Positions 56,540 to 64,000 of a stretch of 64,000 nucleotides of DNA are shown in pieces. This DNA is from Camelus dromedarius (lineage: Eukaryota). The notes under the pieces were generated by a model. The model did no database searches, had not been told where the DNA came from, and was given only the letters and a program-made list of their open reading frames with translations. Positions within the stretch are counted from its first letter, which is position 1. Every line of letters begins with the position of its first letter. The position numbers and the translations under genes were made by a program. The DNA lies in assembly GCF_036321535.1 (NCBI RefSeq), contig NC_087464.1, positions 22,630,001-22,694,000 on the forward strand, given 5' to 3'.

Positions 56540-57420
56540 CAACTACCAACACAACACCCCTCCTGGACAACTAACAGGTACATCAAACTTCACACAATCA
56601 CAGCGGAGGGCCTTGTTTTACTCCAGGCCGGATCCTGTCTGTGTCAGGTACTTGAACTCCCATCTGCCCACCTGTCGAGGCCAAAAACCGTGGAGTCAAC
56701 ATTTAACTCCTCCCTTTCTCTCCCCGCGACGGCTGATCCACCATCAGCAAGTCTCTCTGGTTTTATCTTCAAAATCTATCCAGAGTCTGACCACTTCTCG
56801 CCACCCCTACAGCCACCACTTGATCCAAGCCACCATCTCTCCCTCATGGATTATTGTAACAGCCTCCTCCCTGGGCACCTGCCTCCACAGTGTCCTCAAC
56901 AGAGCAGTCAGAGGGACCCAAGTCACAGATGTCACTCTGTTGAAACCCCACAGTGGATCCCATCCCACTCAGTGCGGAAGTCAAAGTGCTTACAATAGTC
57001 TGCAAGTTCTGGCCCCATTTGCTCTCTGACAGCAATTCCATCCCTCTCTCACTCCTTCCCCTTTCTCCTGCCACTCAGGCTCCTCCCTGATCCTCAACAA
57101 GCCAGGCATGCTCCCTCCTGTGGGCCCCTGTCCCCTCAGCCTTGAATGCTCTTCCCAGCTATCCATGTGGCTCCCTCACCTTCTTCATGAAGGTCTTTAT
57201 CTAGAAGTCACCTTCTCAGTGGGGTACCCCTATCCCTGACATTTCCTTTTATCCTCTTCCCTGACATCTTTTTCTCCTTGACATTGACTATCTAACACAA
57301 TACAATATTTTGCTTACTCATCTTGTTTAATGTCTGTCTCCTCTGCTAGATTGTAAGTTCCATGATGACAGCCTCCTAGGTCCAAAAAAGTGCCTGGACA
57401 AGTAGGTGCTCAGTAAATAC
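56540..57420 (+). mobile_element. L2 LINE to 3' end
   Basis: ttatcttcaaaatctatccagagtctgaccacttctc...ccaagccaccatctctccctcatggattattgtaacagcctcct...ctagattgtaagttccatg...gtaggtgctcagtaaata. Confidence 0.9.
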
Positions 57421-57860
57421 TCAGTCACTCCACAGGCAATTACAGAGCCAGGCACTGAGGAGGTATCAGAACCTAGCAGTGAACCAGACTCAGCCCCTGA
57501 CAAGGACCATCTAGGGTATCAAACACAGTGACAGGGAAGCACAGAGTGCCACGGGAGTTCAGAGGAGGGAGAGACAAACTCAGCCCAGGGAGTTGCAGAA
57601 GACTGGACTTGGGAGGGCTTTGCAGGATAAGTAGGAGTTCACTGGCTGGATAAGGGGACAACTTTATACTTGGCAAGAGGACCAGCAGGTACAAAAACAA
57701 GAACAAAATAATAAGACCTGTACTTGAGACAAAGGAGAAGGCAGGAAGTGAGCCTAAGGGGTCAAGCAAGGGCCAGTTCTGAAGGGCCTTAAAGAGCAGG
57801 CCAAGGGAGTTGAACTCTTCCCTGTGAGCAATAGTGGGCCACTGAAGGGAAGGATGTGGC
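57421..57860 (-). mobile_element. L2 fragment, tail-to-tail with the preceding L2
   Basis: agccaggcactg...cagtgaaccagac...gaagggccttaaagagcaggccaagggagttgaactcttccctgtgagcaatag. Confidence 0.65.
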
Positions 57861-58145
57861 GGGTGTGGATGTCTGGAGGCTCCCCTGCCTCACGTGACCA
57901 ACAAGCACCCTAGATGTGGGCCGAGATCAGGGCATAGGGCCCACGTGACAGGTACTAGGGGAAGAAGCGAGAAATTCCCTCATATTGTGACCTCAGCCAG
58001 GAAGCAGCTCGCGACACAGGGAGCCCCAGCATGCCCAGGGCTGCGCTGGGAGGACACCTCAGGGAAAAGTAAAGCCAACAGTTTACAACAAACGCTAGAG
58101 TGTGCAGCTTCAGTGCAGCCAGGGGACAGGAGAGAGGGATGGCAG

Positions 58146-58490
58146 TGTGGGCTGAATTGTGTCCCCCAGCTCATGTGTTGGAGCCCTAAACCCCCACATG
58201 ACTGTATTTGGAGTGAGGAAATAATTAAGGTTAGATGAGGTCACAGAGTGAAGCCTTAATCCAGTAAGATTAGTGCTCTTATATGAAGAGACACCAGAAA
58301 TACGTCCCTCTCAGGACCCCGCTGCCTCCCGCCAGCTATGAGAGCACACAAAGAGAAGGCAGTCGTTGCAAGCTAGGAAGAGAGCTCTCACCAGAGCCCG
58401 ACCATGCAACGAATTACTGTTGTTTCAGCCACCCAGTCTGTGTTATGGCCACCCAGTATTTTTTTAACAGCAGTCAAGCAGACTAAGACA
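58146..58490 (+). mobile_element. MLT1A-type ERVL-MaLR solo LTR
   Basis: tgtgggctgaattgtgtcccc...gactgtatttggag...taattaaggttagatgaggtca...gaagagagctctcaccag...ctgttgtttcagccacccagtct...gcagactaagaca. Confidence 0.9.
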
Positions 58491-58964
58491 AACAGCAAAG
58501 TCAAGGAGAGCTTCCTGGAGGAGACAAGGTTTGGGGCCATCCTAGGGCCTGAAAACAGGTCAGATCCTGGCTGGCTGGACCTGTGGTCACACAGTGGACT
58601 CCAGCCAAGGCCCATCCTTCGTCTGGCCTGCAAAGCCTCAGCAGTTTCTTTGGGGTTTAGTTTCTGTGCTGAGGAGCACAGAGATAGTTGCAGGATTGGT
58701 GAAACTTTGCCTGGTCCTCTAAAGTATAGCCAGACCCCCCAAGACAGAGGTAGCAGGCTGGAATGTTATGGTTCCTCAGCACCGGATCCCCACTTCCCCA
58801 TTCTGCCACCATGAAAGGTAACACAGCCTGGCCCGAGACAATCAGGAGTCAATGTGCAAGGGCCTCCCCCTAGCCCAGGCTCCCACCCCTAAGGGTGCTG
58901 CCTGGAAGTAGGGACCTGCGCCGGGCTCTGAATGACAGAAATGATCAGGATATATGCAGAGAGA

Positions 58965-59050
58965 GAGAAGGTCTATAAATAAATATACATTTTTATAAGA
59001 CATGTTTAATTAAAGTGGATTAAAATTAACTTGCTTTAAAAAAAATTAGA
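58965..59050. promoter_or_regulatory. Very AT-rich motif island
   Basis: CTATAAATAA (MEF2 consensus) 58973-58982, TTTTTATAA, TAATTA 59007, GGATTA 59017. Confidence 0.4.
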
Positions 59051-59199
59051 AGTGCCCTAGAGGATTTCAGAAGCAGGGCAAGAGTCCCTGAATCCAGAGG
59101 CTTCATGGAAGGGCCCAGGAGTGCGATAAGGGTGGCACCTATTCCCTGCACGTGGTGTCCTGGGAAGGAGGTGGCTCACATTTACACAGCACTCTGTAC

Positions 59200-59310
59200 A
59201 CTGCAAGGTGCGGTCCCTGGGATGGCAGGCACATTCAGCCCCAGTTTACTAGGGGAAACCAAAGCCCAGAAAGGGCAGTGACTTGCCCAAAGTCACACAG
59301 CACACCTGTG
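59200..59310 (-). mobile_element. MIR SINE fragment
   Basis: ccccagtttactaggggaaaccaaagcccagaaagggcagtgacttgcccaaagtcacacagc. Confidence 0.8.
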
Positions 59311-59542
59311 GCAGGGCTCAGTGGGAAGCCACTGGTCATTTCTGGAAACCCTGGACATTAGGTTCACACTCAGCACTCCAAAAGCCCCTTACCCCCTGTA
59401 TGCGGTCCCAGCCTGAGCTGCTGCCCGCCAAGATCCTCCCATCTGCAGGGCGGGGACTCTTGCTCTGTGACAGTCTGGCTCCTCCAAGGTCTGGCATGAG
59501 GACAGCAGAGGGAAGCAGCCGGGGGTCGGGTACAGGAGGCAG

Positions 59543-59746
59543 NNNNNNNNNNNNNNNNNNNNNNNNNNNNNNNNNNNNNNNNNNNNNNNNNNNNNNNNNN
59601 NNNNNNNNNNNNNNNNNNNNNNNNNNNNNNNNNNNNNNNNNNNNNNNNNNNNNNNNNNNNNNNNNNNNNNNNNNNNNNNNNNNNNNNNNNNNNNNNNNNN
59701 NNNNNNNNNNNNNNNNNNNNNNNNNNNNNNNNNNNNNNNNNNNNNN
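59543..59746. other. Assembly gap (204 N)
   Basis: Run of N, directly followed by a compound CA repeat. Confidence 0.99.
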
Positions 59747-59779
59747 ATGCTCGTACACACACACACACACAAGCGCATG

Positions 59780-59826
<47 letters not shown>
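59747..59826 (+). repeat. Compound repeat [gcgcatgctcgt(ac)n] with (AC)8 and (AC)21
   Basis: atgctcgt(ac)8 aagcgcatgctcgt(ac)21; probably continues into the gap. Confidence 0.9.
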
Positions 59827-59829
<3 letters not shown>

Positions 59830-60289
59830 GACACCAGGCGTCAGCAGGAGATGGCGCCGGGCTCCCCGAGTGTTCCTGCCAACTTCCTATCAAGTCATCA
59901 CTCAGGTTCTTACTCCCTCCTCTCAATGCCGGGGGTCTAGAGGAAGGCGGTGTGCAGTTCCGGGACAGCCCTTCAGTTTCCTTATCTGAAAAAATGGACT
60001 TGGCAATGAGATGACCTGATGTCTAAGGGCAAAGCCTTTGACCTTGGAACGAGTGTCACGAGACACAAGAAGTCATTTTGAGTGTGTCTACAGACACACA
60101 GGAGATCCCGACACTGCCTGGGGCAATGATGCTCCACTGGATGGCTCCTTGGCACCTCACACCTAGCAAGTCCAAATGAGGACTGTCACGCTTCCTTCTG
60201 GCCCAGAATCCCAGCTCAGAAAACAGTGCCACTCAGGCCAGGCTGACCTCCCCTGACCCAGACTCTCGGCCCTCCCGCCCCACGGCCCA

Positions 60290-61025
60290 TCTCCAGCATC
60301 TCCCCCATCCATCCATTTCTCCCCATCCTGAGGCCACCCCTGGCCATGACCCCACAGCTCACCACCAGACCCAGCACCCACCTCCCTACCAGGCTCCCTG
60401 CTTTCCCTGCCACTGGCTCGAATCCATTCTCTCCCCATGGTGGCCAGAACAGAATGTGAAAAGCACAAATCAGATCCTGTCACTCTCCGGCTTAGTGCTC
60501 TCCAGAGCTCCCCCTCCCTCGCCCCTGCCACCCCTCTGAATAAATCCAGTTCCTGGTAGGGCCTCCGAGGCCCCCATTTGCTCCCTCCTCTCCTCCCTCT
60601 CTCCCTCCTTCCGCATCCACCAGCATGCTGTCTTCCTCCTGGTCTTCAAACACACCCAGCTCCTTCCCATCTCCAGGCCTTAGTCTTGCTGTTCAGCCAC
60701 CCGGGACGCCGTTTCTTCTCAGATTCGAGGTCACCTTTTCAGAAAGTCCTGTCCAGACTCCTCCCCTTCCAAAGCCGCTCAGCCCATCCCAGTCACTCCG
60801 TTTCATGGCCCTGTTTACTTCCCTCCAAAATTCAGCACAGTCTGAATTATTTGAGGTTTGGCTCACTGCCACTCCCACAAGAATGGAAACCACCCGAGGG
60901 CAGGTGGAATGTGAGTACCTTCTAAGTGCTGTACCCATACAGCCTAGAAGAGAACCTGGCCCTTAGGAGATATTTCATAAACACTTGATGAATGAATGAA
61001 TGGAGTGAGTGAGTGAATGAATGAA
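60290..61025 (+). mobile_element. L2 LINE 3' portion with (GAAT)n tail
   Basis: aaaagcacaaatcagatcctgtcactc...gaggtcaccttttcagaaagtcc...ataaacacttgatgaatgaatgaatgg. Confidence 0.8.
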
Positions 61026-61214
61026 AGAAAAGACAGATCAGCTCTAGACCAGAGGGGCTGGTGAGAAGGGGGCCAGGGCTCCCTGTCCCCAGTGTCTTCT
61101 GCCCCAGCCTCTGAAAGGTCTCAGCACCTGTTCAACTAAGGAAAGGGAACAGGTGGGGTGAGGTCTGTGGAGCAGCATCTATGACCTGGAACCTTTTCTC
61201 TAAACAATTTCAAG

Positions 61215-61530
61215 AAGCAGTTCCAGATCTGAGACTCAGGTCTGAGTCCTGGCCCCGCCACTCTTTGCAACTTACTTGACCTCTCCGAGCCTCAGTTTCC
61301 TCACCTGCATATTGGGGGGAAATAACAGGACCCATCTCCCAGGACTGTTCTGTGGGTGAATGAGATCGTGCTCTCAAAAATATGAGACAACGGTGATGAT
61401 AGAAAGATTCCCACCTTTCTATCCATTTACAGATGAGGAAGCCGGAAAGGTTGTGGATTTACCTGGGTCCCAAGGTCGGAAAGTGGAGAGCTAGGACCAG
61501 ATGCAGGCTTGTCTGACTCAGAAGCCAGGG
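61215..61530. mobile_element. MIR pair (+ at about 61215-61400, - at about 61415-61530)
   Basis: gtctgagtcctggccccgccactc...ttacttgacctctccgagcctcagtttcctcacctgc; then ccatttacagatgaggaagcc...ggtcccaagg. Confidence 0.85.
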
Positions 61531-62129
61531 CTCTTGCCCCTGTACTGGTCAGTCCTTGGCTGGGAGTGGGGAATGGAGCACAGGAGGCCTGTCTCTGACA
61601 TTTGTACCTCGGTGGTCGTGTTCCTTTATTTTCCCCTTTCCCCAGGTTCAGCACAAAGACACTTCAGGAGGTTGGGAGTGCTGGCCAAGGAGCACAGCAC
61701 TGCTCCCACATCCCTATGCCTGAGGCAAGGGAGCTGGGGAGGAGGCAGTCGCCCAAGCCCCGGACAGGTAAACTGAGGCAGGCAGAGAGCGAGTCTGTGT
61801 GGAGAGTCCCCGGGATGGTCTGAGGTGGGGGAATGTGCAGGCCCGAGACTCGGGAAGTCTGCAGGGAAGGAGGAATGCCACTTATCAAGCACAGCCCCCG
61901 AACCACCCGGCCAAGGGCACAGAGCAGGGGAGGGCAGCAGGACTCTGAAGACCCTGGAGTGTGGACTCTAAGGTCAGATTCTGGGCCCACCAACTCCCAC
62001 TCAGAATGGCTTCTGGGGCTGGAAGGTCATCACTGAAGGTCCAGAGGCCTAAAGGTAAGGCCACCCTAGCAGAGACTCCGCTCAGGGCCAGCTAACGTGA
62101 GGCAGCTGTCAGGACTCAAGGTGCCTTCG

Positions 62130-62360
62130 CTTGCAGCTCGTGCACATTAAGAATTATTCCTCTTGGGAGCAAACAATTTGTTACAATATCCATTGCTCGC
62201 TTTTCCCAGCTGGATGCCCTCCCATACATCCTAGATTAATCCCAGAAGTCACTCCATTCATTTAGGACATGCCTGAGTGTACCTTCTCTTTTATTAGGGA
62301 AATTTTTCACTGTTTTGAAGCACACATAGGTTTTAATTTGGGGCTGAGATTTTAAAGCCT
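62130..62360. promoter_or_regulatory. Candidate SOX/K50-homeodomain enhancer
   Basis: AACAATTTGTT 62172-62182, TACAAT, GATTAATCCC 62234-62243, TTTTATTAG, TTTAATTTG. Confidence 0.4.
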
Positions 62361-63269
62361 CTTTCAGTGGCTAAGACACATGAGTAGGCTTGTGGCTGGA
62401 AAGATTCTCTCTGTCCTCAAAACTGGAAGGGCCTGGCAGGGGCCACCGGACCCTCTAGAGGAGGGGATACACAGTACCTCCTCTCCAAGGAGCCAGGGAC
62501 TGCAGACCTCAGTGCTGTGTGGCATTGGGGCACACCTTCAACGTCTCTGAGCATACCAAGGAAGGCAAAGTCTAGGAAGACCGATTATTTGGGTGTCCCT
62601 CTACAGAGTTCACCCAGGGAAGTCTGAGAGGTCATCACCTCTAAAACCCAGTCTTTGGGAGTAGCGTGGGACCAATGAAAAGGCTAGAAGTTTGGAGTTC
62701 AGAGGAGCCTCTCTGAGCCTAGCTTCCAGTTTCTTAGAATGAGCTAAGTGCTGCCCCATCTCTGGGCTGTTGTGCAAGCCCCAGTTCAGAGCAAGCCTGA
62801 CTCAGGGTCTGGCACATGGTGGCTGCTTGATAAGAGTGAGTCTGCTGGTCCTCCCAACCCAGTACAGACCCCTCCCACTTCTCTTGGTCTCTTCACCCTC
62901 GAGAAGCCAGATTCCCTGCTTCCTTAATTCCAGCTTAAGGCTGCCCTTAGGCTGACCCCACCTCCAGCAAGAGCATCTCCACAGGCCCAACCTGCCAGTC
63001 CAGGTAGCTGCCACCAACCTCCTCTCAGGCCCTGTACGAGGCCTTCATACCTCCCACCCGAGGCCCCAGGGTCTGAGGAGTCCTATCTGTCCACACACCC
63101 TACAGTGAACCCCTGTCCTCCACCACAGGCCCCATGCCAGGCTCTGTGCTGGGATCCAGGTTATATGCCCTCTGCCCTAAATCAGGAGATGGTTGTCCCA
63201 CTCCCAACTCCTAATCCCCAACCCCCACCAGGGCTCCAGGGCTGGGACCTCTTTGGACTCTGATTGCAA

Positions 63270-63315
63270 CCCCTTCCCACACCCCACCCCCTGACTATGC
63301 CCCATCCCCTCCCCC
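63270..63315 (-). other. Seven C-runs (G-quadruplex on - strand / i-motif on +)
   Basis: CCCC-TT-CCC-ACA-CCCC-A-CCCCC-TGACTATG-CCCC-AT-CCCC-T-CCCCC. Confidence 0.6.
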
Positions 63316-63539
63316 AGATCCTCCTGAACACTAAGGTCCAGCCTCCTCCAGGAAGCCTTCCCTGACTTCTCCAGCCCTTATCTCCTTCCCTTTCCTGGAC
63401 TCCCAGCATTTCTCCTCAATCTCTCTAACTTCACATTGCTACCCAAAAGCAAAAATAGTCACCTACTCATTCTGTGGCCACTGAGCCCAGTACCACTTGG
63501 TAGTCAGGAAGGATGGACTCATTAAATGATTCAAGGAGA

Positions 63540-63885
63540 AGGACTCCCACTGATGTGAATAGGTATCATTATGCCCACTGTGCCAATGCAGAAACTGAGG
63601 TTAGGAGAAGTGAAGCACTTGCCCAAACCCCGGGGCTGGGATGTGAACCAACCCCACCAAATGATGCTGTTAAGACAGAGTCCACAAATCCACATTCCAC
63701 AGACATGACCCGCCAGCCCTGCAGTTCACACACACTACCCCGTGTGACCCCCACCACCTCAGCCCCACTGCTTTCTAGGCCCCCCAGGAGGAAACTGGGG
63801 TCCAGAGAGGCGGGGTCACTTCTCAAGGCCACACAAACAGTTAAATGGCAGGACTAGAGCTTGAATCCAAAGTCTCTCATTCCCA
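63540..63885 (-). mobile_element. Two MIR fragments
   Basis: gcagaaactgaggttaggagaagtgaagcacttgcccaaa; ggaaactggggtccagagaggcggggtcacttctcaaggccacac...ggactagagcttgaatccaaag. Confidence 0.75.
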
Positions 63886-64000
63886 ACCTGGTCAGACCCT
63901 CCCTCACAGGGTCTGTAGACCCAGCCTGCCCTCCCCTCTCCCAGGCTGCTGGATGGCCCCCTCCCGGTCCCCAACCAGCACATCACCCGCTCCCAATTAT

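Noticed and set aside
57385-57460. Tail-to-tail L2 junction as a miR-28-like hairpin
   Set aside because: Only about 9 bp (agtgcctgg/ccaggcact) pair across a loop of about 50 nt; too weak for a pre-miRNA.
5040-59784. Identical 12-mer GCGCATGCTCGT at 5040-5051 and 59773-59784
   Set aside because: Roughly a hundred 12-mer pair matches are expected by chance in 64 kb, more so in RY-alternating tracts.
59747-59826. Repeat-spacer-like pattern as a CRISPR array
   Set aside because: The 'spacers' are (AC)n microsatellite, only two units are visible, and the DNA is mammalian.
2503-62803. About a dozen AP-1 (TGASTCA) sites
   Set aside because: Dispersed, several inside MIRs, and only about twice a rough expectation.
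1-64000. tRNA/rRNA/snRNA genes and a named host gene
   Set aside because: No such RNA sequence recognised (MIR heads are only decayed tRNA-like remnants), and no coding exon is available to support a gene symbol.

Overview
Eutherian mammalian genomic DNA, GC-rich by eye (about mid-50s %), from a draft-type assembly with six N-gaps (1,221 bp in total). I find no supported protein-coding exon, tRNA, rRNA, snRNA or CRISPR array; the ORF-track entries look like chance ORFs in GC-rich, low-complexity or repeat-derived DNA. The recognisable content is ancient interspersed repeats: many MIR and L2 copies, L1M fragments, a near-full-length HAL1 with a decayed ORF1, MER5A, MER102, a Tigger1 derivative, and MLT1A and MLT1C LTRs. 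No Alu, B1 or other young SINE is visible in the called bases. Between the repeats lie about a dozen short AT-rich, often CpG-retaining islands packed with homeodomain, POU, SOX, FOX or MEF2-type motifs; they look like conserved non-coding enhancers. There is also a 20/21 match to the REST/RE1 silencer at 35328-35348 and two CpG-rich patches with strong splice donors (minus strand at about 3869, next to a gap; plus strand at about 11233). The best overall reading, which is inference, is a large intron or upstream regulatory landscape of a neuronal or developmental gene that I cannot name from the sequence alone. Repeat family names come from my recollection of Repbase/Dfam consensus sequences, and their boundaries are approximate (plus or minus tens of bp). 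I see no evidence for a new protein-coding system; the most interesting signals are regulatory and TE-exaptation candidates.
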